From the NCBI GenBank assembly GCA_031459875.1, contig JAVKHQ010000001.1, positions 160,001 to 224,000 of the forward strand: a stretch of 64,000 nt of DNA. Reading direction: 5' to 3'. The translations under genes were made by a program, and so were the position numbers. The stretch comes from Candidatus Fervidifonticultor sextus. Its GTDB lineage: Bacteria > Sysuimicrobiota > Sysuimicrobiia > Sysuimicrobiales > Humicultoraceae. Below the pieces are notes generated by a model. It ran no database searches and was not told where the DNA came from. It saw only the letters and a program-made list of their open reading frames with translations. Below are positions 56,908 through 64,000 of this stretch, piece by piece (the first letter of the stretch is position 1; each line of letters starts with the position of its first letter).

Positions 56908-58464
56908 TCAGCGTCCCTCGAGCCACGCGTTCCACCAGATATGGGTCGGGATGTTCTCGTAGCCTCTGAGCTCCCTCCGGTGGAGGTGCAGCAGGAAGTA
57001 GTCGCCGAACTTGATCGTCCCCGCATCCTCATACCACAGTTTCTGCATGCGCTTCCACAGGTCGTGGCGGACTTTCGGGTCGGCATGCCGCCGCAGCAGC
57101 GTCATCATGGCGTTCATGTCGCGGTTGTCGTACCAGCCCGGCCACGTCGGCTGCAGGGAGAGCAGGAAGACCGGATCGGGCACGAAACTGAAGGCGGTGC
57201 TGAAGACGTCCCACAGCTCGGGTCGGGCGCGCCGTGCCACCAGCGTGGCCCAGTCCACCACCTGCAGGTCCACGGTGAACCCCGCTGTCTCCAGCATGGG
57301 TTTGACGACCTGGGCCGCCGTGCCGTAGGCCACGTACTCCATGGTGGTCACCCACCGGACCGGTTCGCCCCGGTAGCCTGCCTCGCCGAGCAACTGCCTG
57401 GCCCGCGCGGGGTTCTTCTGGTTGAAGAACTCCTTGCCGGCGTCGGTCCACAGGTAGTGTTCCTTGGGCATCAGACCCGGGTCGAGGCGCCAGAAGCGGG
57501 GGTTGCCGTAGGCGGCCCGCATGACCGCCTCGTGATCCAGCGCTGCCTGGAAGGCCTGGCGGACCTTCCGGTTTCCCATCAACGGCGACCGGTGGTTGAA
57601 CACCGCGGTGAGCCAGTTGGCGGTCTTGGTAATGTAGGGCATCAGCTCCGGATCCGTCCGCAGCCGGTCGTATTCATCGGGGGGCACCGTCTCGGCGAAG
57701 TGGTACTCGCCGCGCTTGACACCCGCGATGCGGACCGCCGCATCGGGGACCGGCAGGATGTAGATCGAGTCGAAGTAGGCGTGCTTGCGCCCCGTGGCGC
57801 CGTCGGGCTCCTCCGTCCGCGCAGCGTAGCCGTCGAACCGGTCGAGGCGAATGTGCCGGTCGGGCAGGTGCTCGACAAACCGGTACGGCCCGGTGCTGAC
57901 AAACCGCCGCACCGGCCCGGCCCCGGCCTCGTCGATGACCTCCTTGGGGAAGATGACCGCCGACTGGCCGGGCAGGGCCAGATCCACCAGCAGGAGCCCA
58001 TAGGGCTCCCTGAGCTTCATCACCACCGTGTGGGGATCGGGGGTCGTCAGCGCTGCCACGTTGGGCCACAGGGCTCGCCCCCGCGTGGCGATGCGTCCCC
58101 ACCGCTCCAGCGACGCCTTGACGTCCTCGCTGGTCAGGTCCTTCCCGTTGTGGAACTTCACGCCCCTCCGCAGGTGGAACGTATAGGTGAGCCGGTCGCC
58201 GCTAGTCGTCCACCGCTCCACCAGCACGGGACGTGGCTCGAACTTCGTGGTCAGAGCGAAGAGGCCTTCGTTCACGTTATACATGATGTGGCCGGTGATG
58301 GCAGCCGTCGTCCAGTGCTGGTCCAGGGTCGGCGGCTCCCCGATGTGGGCGATGCGCAGCGCGCCGCCCCGACGGGGCTGCTGGGCCGCACCCGGAACCG
58401 TCAGGACGGCTGTCAGGACCAGCACGATGGCGAGTGCGCCAAACCGGATCGCGCGGATGCTCAC
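56908..58464 (-). CDS. family 5 ABC substrate-binding protein (DppA/OppA-like)
   Basis: Signal peptide; LRRGVKFHNG, TGPYRF. Confidence 0.92.
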   Translation of the reverse strand: MSIRAIRFGALAIVLVLTAVLTVPGAAQQPRRGGALRIAHIGEPPTLDQHWTTAAITGHIMYNVNEGLFALTTKFEPRPVLVERWTTSGDRLTYTFHLRRGVKFHNGKDLTSEDVKASLERWGRIATRGRALWPNVAALTTPDPHTVVMKLREPYGLLLVDLALPGQSAVIFPKEVIDEAGAGPVRRFVSTGPYRFVEHLPDRHIRLDRFDGYAARTEEPDGATGRKHAYFDSIYILPVPDAAVRIAGVKRGEYHFAETVPPDEYDRLRTDPELMPYITKTANWLTAVFNHRSPLMGNRKVRQAFQAALDHEAVMRAAYGNPRFWRLDPGLMPKEHYLWTDAGKEFFNQKNPARARQLLGEAGYRGEPVRWVTTMEYVAYGTAAQVVKPMLETAGFTVDLQVVDWATLVARRARPELWDVFSTAFSFVPDPVFLLSLQPTWPGWYDNRDMNAMMTLLRRHADPKVRHDLWKRMQKLWYEDAGTIKFGDYFLLHLHRRELRGYENIPTHIWWNAWLEGR

Positions 58465-58599
58465 ATCACTCCCTCCTCAGGCGCAGGGCCTCAACCGCAG
58501 GGCTGGCCCCACGGACCGGTTGGCATTGCTGCGATCAGGATACCATGGCACATGGCCGGAGGGCGAGCGGGCGGTCGCGGCCGGCGGCCGGCCACCCGC

Positions 58600-59865
58600 C
58601 TACCCGGCGCGCACCTCGGCCACCAGGGCCGTGGCTTCCGCCAGCGCCTCCGCAAAGACGTCGATCGCCCGGTCCACCTGCGCGTCGGAGGCGATCAGCG
58701 GGGGCGCAAACCGGATGACCTCCCGCCGGTTGGTGGAGTAGAACGCGAGGACCTGCCGCTGGAGCATCCCCGAGAGGACGAGGAACGCCACGTCAGCATC
58801 CACGAACTCGACCCCGACCAGGCACCCGCGTCCCCGCACGTCGGTGACCAGACCGGCCGCGTTCTCCGCCGCGCGCCGCAGCCCGGCCATCAGCCGCTCG
58901 CCGATAGCCGCGGCGCGGGGCAGGAGGTTCTCCTCCAGGATGACCCGGATCGTCGCCGCGGCGGCGGCCCAGCCCAGGCGGTTGCCGAAGGTCGTGGTGT
59001 GGATGAGCGGGTCGCGGATCAGAGGCTCCCACAGCGTGGGCCGGGCCACCATGGCCCCCACCGGCGCCACCCCGCCGCCCAGCCCCTTGGCCGTCGTCAG
59101 GATGTCGGGGACGACGCCCTCGTGCTCGCAGGCCCACATCTTTCCGGTGCGGCCCATGCCGGTCTGCACCTCGTCGACCACGAGCAGCACGCCGCCCCGG
59201 TCGCAGACCTCGCGCACGGCGCGCAGGTACCCATCGGGCGGCACCACGACCCCGGTCTCGCCCTGGATGGGCTCCAGGATCACGGCCGCGGTGCGGGAGG
59301 TGAGCGCTGCGGCCAGGGCGTCCGCGTCGCCGAAGGGGACGTGGACGACCCCGGGCAGCAGGGGCTCGAAGGGCGTCCGGTAGAGGTCCCGGCCCGAGAT
59401 GGACAAGGCGCCCAGGGTCTTCCCGTGAAAGGCCCCGGAGGCGGCGACCAGGTCCGTCCGCCCCGTGGCCAGGCGGGCCAGCTTGATGGCTGCCTCGTTG
59501 GCTTCAGCACCGCTGTTGCACAGGAACACGTACTGGAGGTCGCCGGGGGTGATCTCGGCCAGCAACTCGGCCAGTTCGCCCATGGGCTCGTTGGCCATCA
59601 GGCGGACCGACAGCGGCATGCGGTCGAGTTCCCGGCGGGCCGCCTCCACCACCCGGGGATGGCGGTGCCCCAGGATGAACACCGAGGGACCGGCGGAGAA
59701 ATCCAGGAACTCGCGGCCGTAGGCGTCCCGAATGATGGCGCCCTCCGCCTCGACCTCGAGGGTCTCCAGGCCCGCGAACTTGAACAGCCGGACCCATGCG
59801 GGGTTCAGATGGTCCGCGTACTGCTGGAGCACCCGCAGGGTGCGCCTTTCGCCCTCGTCCGTCAT
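58600..59865 (-). CDS. class III PLP aminotransferase (putrescine/acetylornithine aminotransferase-like)
   Basis: NSGAEANE, FHGKT, EPIQGE, DEVQTG, TAKGLGGG. Confidence 0.9.
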   Translation of the reverse strand: MTDEGERRTLRVLQQYADHLNPAWVRLFKFAGLETLEVEAEGAIIRDAYGREFLDFSAGPSVFILGHRHPRVVEAARRELDRMPLSVRLMANEPMGELAELLAEITPGDLQYVFLCNSGAEANEAAIKLARLATGRTDLVAASGAFHGKTLGALSISGRDLYRTPFEPLLPGVVHVPFGDADALAAALTSRTAAVILEPIQGETGVVVPPDGYLRAVREVCDRGGVLLVVDEVQTGMGRTGKMWACEHEGVVPDILTTAKGLGGGVAPVGAMVARPTLWEPLIRDPLIHTTTFGNRLGWAAAAATIRVILEENLLPRAAAIGERLMAGLRRAAENAAGLVTDVRGRGCLVGVEFVDADVAFLVLSGMLQRQVLAFYSTNRREVIRFAPPLIASDAQVDRAIDVFAEALAEATALVAEVRAG

Positions 59866-60395
59866 GCGCCCCCCTCAGCCACCGCCGTCGCGCTCTCCAG
59901 GACGAGGCGCGCCCGCCGAACGATCTCCCGGGTCTCCCGGTACTTGATCCGCTCAACCGCCTCTTCGGGCGTCACCCACTCGGCGGCGACGAAGCCTTCC
60001 TCCCGCTGTGGCCGCGGATCTTCGTCCCCCAGGAACTCGAGCAGGAAGTAGTGGACGGTCTTGTCATAGAACGCGTCTTCGGCCCGCCAGAAGAACGAGT
60101 AGCGCTCCTCGCCCAGGTCGGTCATCACGCGCACCCGGGACAGCCCGGTTTCTTCCCGGACCTCGCGCTGGGCCACCGCATCCGGGGTCTCCCCGGCCTC
60201 GATGGTCCCCTTCGGCAGCATCCACTTGCCGCTCTCATGCTGCAGGATGAGGATCTGGGGACCGCCGGGCGTCCGACGGAACACGACGCCACCGGCGCTG
60301 CGCGCGCGCTTGGTGGGCTTTCTGCGTCTCGATGGCGCGACCACGAACCTGACCCCCTCGAACACAAAAGCCCGGCGTCCCGGGCTCCCATCCAT
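59862..60395 (-). CDS. NUDIX hydrolase (Ap4A hydrolase-like)
   Basis: SAGGVV; LPKGTIEAGE...AQREVREETG Nudix box. Confidence 0.9.
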   Translation of the reverse strand: MDGSPGRRAFVFEGVRFVVAPSRRRKPTKRARSAGGVVFRRTPGGPQILILQHESGKWMLPKGTIEAGETPDAVAQREVREETGLSRVRVMTDLGEERYSFFWRAEDAFYDKTVHYFLLEFLGDEDPRPQREEGFVAAEWVTPEEAVERIKYRETREIVRRARLVLESATAVAEGGA

Positions 60396-60417
60396 CCTGG
60401 AGGCCCCGGGCCAGGGC

Positions 60418-60864
60418 CTAACCCCGGAGGGCCTCCCGCACGATGCGCTCGACCGCCTTCCCCTCGGCACGGCCCGCGATGCGCCGCATCAGCGGCCCCA
60501 TGACGCGGCCCACCTCGCGCTCGCCGGCGGCACCGACTTCGGCGATGACCTCGGCCGCCAGCCGCCGGATTTCGTCGTCGGAGAGCGGCGGCGGCAGGTA
60601 GCCCAAAAGGATGGCCATCTCCAGCTTCTCCTTCTGGACCAGGTCGTCGCGGCCGCCGCGCTCGAACCCCTCGATGGCTTCCCGACGGCGCTTCACCTCG
60701 TGACGCAGGATCGCGACGACCTCATCGTCTGTGAGCGCGCGGCGGCGCTCGATCTCGGCATTCTTGATCGCCGCACGCGCCAGCCGGATCGTCGACGTGC
60801 GGAGGCTATCCCCGGCGCGCAGCGCCTCCTTGAGGTCTGCCTCCAGGCGTTCCGCCATGGTCAT
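60418..60864 (-). CDS. yqeY: GatB/YqeY domain protein
   Basis: DLKEALRAGD..., EVKRRREAI...GYLP...GRVMG. Confidence 0.92.
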   Translation of the reverse strand: MTMAERLEADLKEALRAGDSLRTSTIRLARAAIKNAEIERRRALTDDEVVAILRHEVKRRREAIEGFERGGRDDLVQKEKLEMAILLGYLPPPLSDDEIRRLAAEVIAEVGAAGEREVGRVMGPLMRRIAGRAEGKAVERIVREALRG

Positions 60865-60886
60865 GGCGACGTCGCCTCTCCTGGCG

Positions 60887-61063
60887 CTACCGCCGGCGAC
60901 GCTTCGCGCTGCGGGCCAGCTTGCGCCGGCGCCGCTGGCCGGGGGTTTCGTAGTGCTCGTGGCGCTTGACCTCGGTCAGGATGCCCGATCGCTTCACCTG
61001 GCGCTTGAAGCGCCTTAGCGCCGAATCCAGGCTCTCGTCCTTGCCAACACGGATCTCGGCCAT
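60887..61063 (-). CDS. rpsU: 30S ribosomal protein S21
   Basis: Translated by hand (58 aa, below the ORF cutoff): MAEIRVGKDESLDSALRRFKRQVKRSGILTEVKRHEHYETPGQRRRRK...; upstream of yqeY. Confidence 0.95.
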   Translation of the reverse strand: MAEIRVGKDESLDSALRRFKRQVKRSGILTEVKRHEHYETPGQRRRRKLARSAKRRRR

Positions 61064-61259
61064 CTCCCCATCACTCCTTTTCCACGTCCGGTCGGGGGAC
61101 CGGACGACCGGGATGCGGCCGGCCTGTGGTACCCAGAACCCCCAAACAGACAGGAAGCAGGCTCCTCCGCCCTGCTGATGAGGAACCTGCCGCCCTGCAC
61201 CCTCGCGGCCGACGACCGAGCCGCCGCATCGAAACCGTGGCAGGCCGTACCTTTGGCAG

Positions 61260-61288
61260 ATTATACCGCACAGGCCCCATGGCGTCTA
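61260..61288 (-). promoter_or_regulatory. sigma70-type promoter for rpsU (TAGACG-17-TATAAT)
   Basis: Perfect TATAAT at 61265-61260 with a 4/6 -35 box at the correct spacing. Confidence 0.55.
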
Positions 61289-61417
61289 CCGGCCGAATCG
61301 AGCCCATCGAGCCCGCCGCCCCGTGGAGCGCCTTGCGCCCGGAACCTCCTGCGGTAGACTGGGAGCGCGGGCGCCGGTGGCAGGCCGACACGGAACGGAC
61401 AGGGAGGAGCCACACGC

Positions 61418-62587
61418 ATGCGTGAGGTCGCCATTCTGAGCGCAGTGCGCACGCCGATCGGCCGGTTCCTCGGCGGCCTGGCCGGGGTGCCGGCCCCGCG
61501 TCTGGGGGGCATCGTCGTCGCCGAGGCGGTCCGGCGCGCCGGGATTGCCCTCGACCAGGTCAGCGAGGTCATCATGGGCAATGTCCTGGGCGCCGGCCTG
61601 GGACAGGCCCCGGCCCGGCAGGCGGCCCTGGCCGCCGGCCTGCCCGACACCGTGCCCGCCACGACGGTCAACAAGATGTGTGGGTCTGGACTCAAGGCCG
61701 TGATGCTGGGCGCCCAGGCCATCCAGACGGGCGACGCGGAGGTCGTCGTGGCCGGCGGCATGGAGAACATGAGCGCGGCGCCCTTCCTCCTCGACCGGGC
61801 GCGCAGCGGCTACCGGCTGGGCGACGGGACGGTCGTAGACGTGATCCTCCGCGACGGCCTGGTGGATCCCTGGGGGCACGGGCACATGGGCAACTGCGCC
61901 GAGTTGCTGGCGCGGACCTTCAAGATCACGCGCCAGGAGCAGGACGCCTTTGCCCGGGAGAGCTATCGCCGGGCCCTGGCGGCGATGGCCAGCGGAGCGT
62001 CCTCCGAGGAGATCGTTCCGGTTAACCCGGGGAGCGGCCCGCCGGTGGTCGAAGATGAGGAACCGCGGCGCGCGGATTTCGAGAAGATGACGAAGTTACA
62101 GCCGGCGTTCGAGGAAGGCGGGACGGTGACCGCCGCGAACGCCAGCAGCATCAGCGACGGCGCGGCCGCGGTGGTCCTGGCCTCGTCGGAGGCCGCCGCC
62201 CGATTCGGCCGGACCCCGCTGGCCTGGATCGTCGGCCAGGCCACGGCGGCGACAGCGCCGGAGTGGTTCACCATCGCGCCGGCCTCCGCGACCTGGCGCC
62301 TGCTGGAGCGCGTGGGGTGGACGGCACGGGGCGTTGACCTCTTCGAGATCAACGAGGCCTTTGCGGCCGTCGTCATCGCCGTCACGCGGGAGCTGGCCGT
62401 CGACATGGACCGGGTCAACGTGCGCGGCGGGGCCGTGGCCCTGGGCCATCCGATCGGCGCCAGCGGCGCCCGCATCCTGGTGACCCTCCTGTACGCGATG
62501 GCGGCGCAGCAGGCCCGACGCGGGGTCGCCGCGGTCTGCCTGGCCGGCGGCGAGGCAGTGGCGGTCGCCGTCGAGCGCCGGGCGTAG
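61418..62587 (+). CDS. acetyl-CoA C-acetyltransferase (thiolase)
   Basis: NKMCGSG, GGMENMS, NEAFA, GHPIGASG, CLAGG. Confidence 0.95.
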   Translation: MREVAILSAVRTPIGRFLGGLAGVPAPRLGGIVVAEAVRRAGIALDQVSEVIMGNVLGAGLGQAPARQAALAAGLPDTVPATTVNKMCGSGLKAVMLGAQAIQTGDAEVVVAGGMENMSAAPFLLDRARSGYRLGDGTVVDVILRDGLVDPWGHGHMGNCAELLARTFKITRQEQDAFARESYRRALAAMASGASSEEIVPVNPGSGPPVVEDEEPRRADFEKMTKLQPAFEEGGTVTAANASSISDGAAAVVLASSEAAARFGRTPLAWIVGQATAATAPEWFTIAPASATWRLLERVGWTARGVDLFEINEAFAAVVIAVTRELAVDMDRVNVRGGAVALGHPIGASGARILVTLLYAMAAQQARRGVAAVCLAGGEAVAVAVERRA

Positions 62588-62632
62588 CGGACCTGGGCGC
62601 AAAACGCCCCTGAGATTCCCGCGCGACTTGCC

Positions 62633-64000
62633 TGTCAAGCCATTTGTGATTGTTACCCAACCCGGTATCATCGCGCCATCTACGGTGTTACCGGGGCAAG
62701 GGGGGAGGAGAGGATACCCCTGCCTTTCGTCCCGCTGCCGCCGGCATCGGACGGCGCCGGCGTGTGGGAGGGGAGGGGCTGCGCGCCATGCAGCCCGATG
62801 CTCGCCGGGGTGGCGTCCTGAGGAGTTCAAGCCGCGGGCTCTGTCGGTGGTTGGCCAGCCGGTAGATCTGCTGCAGCTTGCGCTCGATCTCATCGGCCAA
62901 GGCAAAGGGGTTCAAGCGTTGCCGGAGTTGCTGCAAGGCGGCGATCTTGGCTGGGGCGCCTCCACCGGAGGCCAGGAGGCGATCCAGGGGGGTCTGGGGG
63001 CGGTCATACACCCGCTTGAGGCGGGAGCCGACGCGGACTTTCCGGATGAGCTTCACTGAGGGCTGGAAGAGGTTCATCATGAGCCTGAGCTCGTTGCGGT
63101 AGAGGTCGTTGATTGCCTCGACGGCCTGGGGGGAGTCGTAGCGATCCCAGCCCAGGAGCTTGCGGACGTGCGTCCAGTTCTTCTGCTCGATGTGGGCGTT
63201 GTCGTCTTTCTTGTAGGGCCGGCCGCGGGTGAACTGGATGCCGTGGGTCTGGCAGTAACGCCAGAGGTGGTGGTTGATGAACTCGGAGCCGTTGTCGGAG
63301 TCCAGGCCGTGGAGGGAGAATGGCAGGGCCTGGGCCATCTCCTGCAGGGCCTGGAGGACGGTGGTTTGACCGCGTCCGAGGGTGGCCCGGGTCTCCACCC
63401 AGGTGGAGTGGATGTCGGTGAGATTCAGCGAGTAGGCGAACTCCCCGTCAGCCGCGTTTCCGGAGTGGGAGACCAGATCGGTTTCAGCGAAGCCGGGAGT
63501 AGTGACATCCCAATGCTCGGTCTTGATGGGGATGTGGTGCTTGAGCAGGGTGCCGGGCTTGGTGCGGCCGTAGAGGCGGCGCCGGAGGTGCCGCTTCTTG
63601 GCGTGGAGGCGGCGGTCGATGGTCCGGGGGCTGATGGAGAGGACCTGACGCTCCACCTGGGGGCTGATCGCGAGCCGTTGCTTGGCCCAGGGGAGCCACA
63701 GGGGCAGCAGCGCCTTGAGGCGGACCGACCAGGGGGAGCCCGCCGCCTCCCAGATGGCTGCCAGGACGGCAATGGCTTGCGCCCCATAGGTTGAGGGCCG
63801 GCGCCGCCGGCGGGGCTGGGCGTCCGGGGGCTTGTTGAGGACCCGGATAGCGGCCTTGCGGTGGTAGCCCGTCGTGGCGCAGAACTCGGTGAGGATCTGC
63901 TGTTTGGCCAGGCGCGACGCGGTGCGGTAGCGGTGGGAGATGGCGCGGACATACTCCCGCTTGGACGTTGGACTCACTGGTGTATTCCTCCCGGGGGCCG
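62633..64000 (-). mobile_element. insertion sequence (ISNCY-like, rve-type DDE transposase); one end at about 62633, the other outside the window
   Basis: Transposase plus TGT-initiated terminus TGTCAAGCCATTTGTGATTGTTACC and a related internal copy GCCATCTACGGTGTTACC. Confidence 0.7.
62688..63977 (-). CDS. DDE integrase-core (rve) transposase
   Basis: TGYHRKAAIRVL, ETDLVSH, DSDNGSEFIN, FTRGRPYKKDDNAHIEQKN. Confidence 0.9.
   Translation of the reverse strand: MSPTSKREYVRAISHRYRTASRLAKQQILTEFCATTGYHRKAAIRVLNKPPDAQPRRRRRPSTYGAQAIAVLAAIWEAAGSPWSVRLKALLPLWLPWAKQRLAISPQVERQVLSISPRTIDRRLHAKKRHLRRRLYGRTKPGTLLKHHIPIKTEHWDVTTPGFAETDLVSHSGNAADGEFAYSLNLTDIHSTWVETRATLGRGQTTVLQALQEMAQALPFSLHGLDSDNGSEFINHHLWRYCQTHGIQFTRGRPYKKDDNAHIEQKNWTHVRKLLGWDRYDSPQAVEAINDLYRNELRLMMNLFQPSVKLIRKVRVGSRLKRVYDRPQTPLDRLLASGGGAPAKIAALQQLRQRLNPFALADEIERKLQQIYRLANHRQSPRLELLRTPPRRASGCMARSPSPPTRRRRPMPAAAGRKAGVSSPPPLPR

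Noticed and set aside
56941..60051. 1036-aa + strand ORF, and similar long ORFs such as 9415-11790 +, 33424-35529 -, 31590-33248 +, 46998-49685 - and 27821-29602 +
   Set aside because: These are antisense or alternate-frame shadows of well-supported genes, expected in high-GC DNA, and show no recognisable motifs.
61070..61250. Structured RNA in the rpsU leader
   Set aside because: Only weak GC-rich hairpins with no recognisable family consensus. No tRNA or rRNA was seen anywhere in the window.

Overview
High-GC (roughly 70%) bacterial chromosome segment. The housekeeping block yqeG-mltG-DUF1292-ruvX-alaS and rpsU-yqeY suggests a Terrabacteria-type lineage, possibly Armatimonadota-like (inference only). 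About 50 kb (1-49.8 kb) is a type IV pilus (T4P) and surface-glycosylation super-locus. It encodes 7 GT-C membrane glycosyltransferases, 4 GT2 polyprenol-phosphate-sugar synthases, 2 SAM methyltransferases, a MoxR/DUF58/transglutaminase triad and a duplicated [pilin + GT-C] cassette. It also encodes two PilB ATPases, PilT, PilC, minor pilins (one large and ComZ/PilX-like), two roadblock proteins, a SigB/SigF-family sigma factor, a degenerate GGDEF protein and an HD-GYP protein. Four toxin-antitoxin pairs and repeat-containing coiled-coil proteins are interspersed. Reading the intergenic DNA by eye gave three main results. (1) There are three c-di-GMP-I (GEMM) riboswitches, each with an intrinsic terminator and each predicted to act as an OFF switch. 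(2) About 10 copies of a SigB-like promoter, G(T/A)CTNN-N14-GGG(C/T/A)A, precede the sigma gene itself, both pilB operons, both pilins, several glycosylation genes and the HD-GYP phosphodiesterase, which suggests a self-reinforcing (bistable) sigma/c-di-GMP switch. (3) A divergent DnaB-like ATPase and a MerR-type HTH protein are translationally coupled to pilB-pilT-pilC. The remainder (49.8-64 kb) is housekeeping and transport genes plus an ISNCY-like transposase. All functional calls come from motif recognition; no database searches were run.
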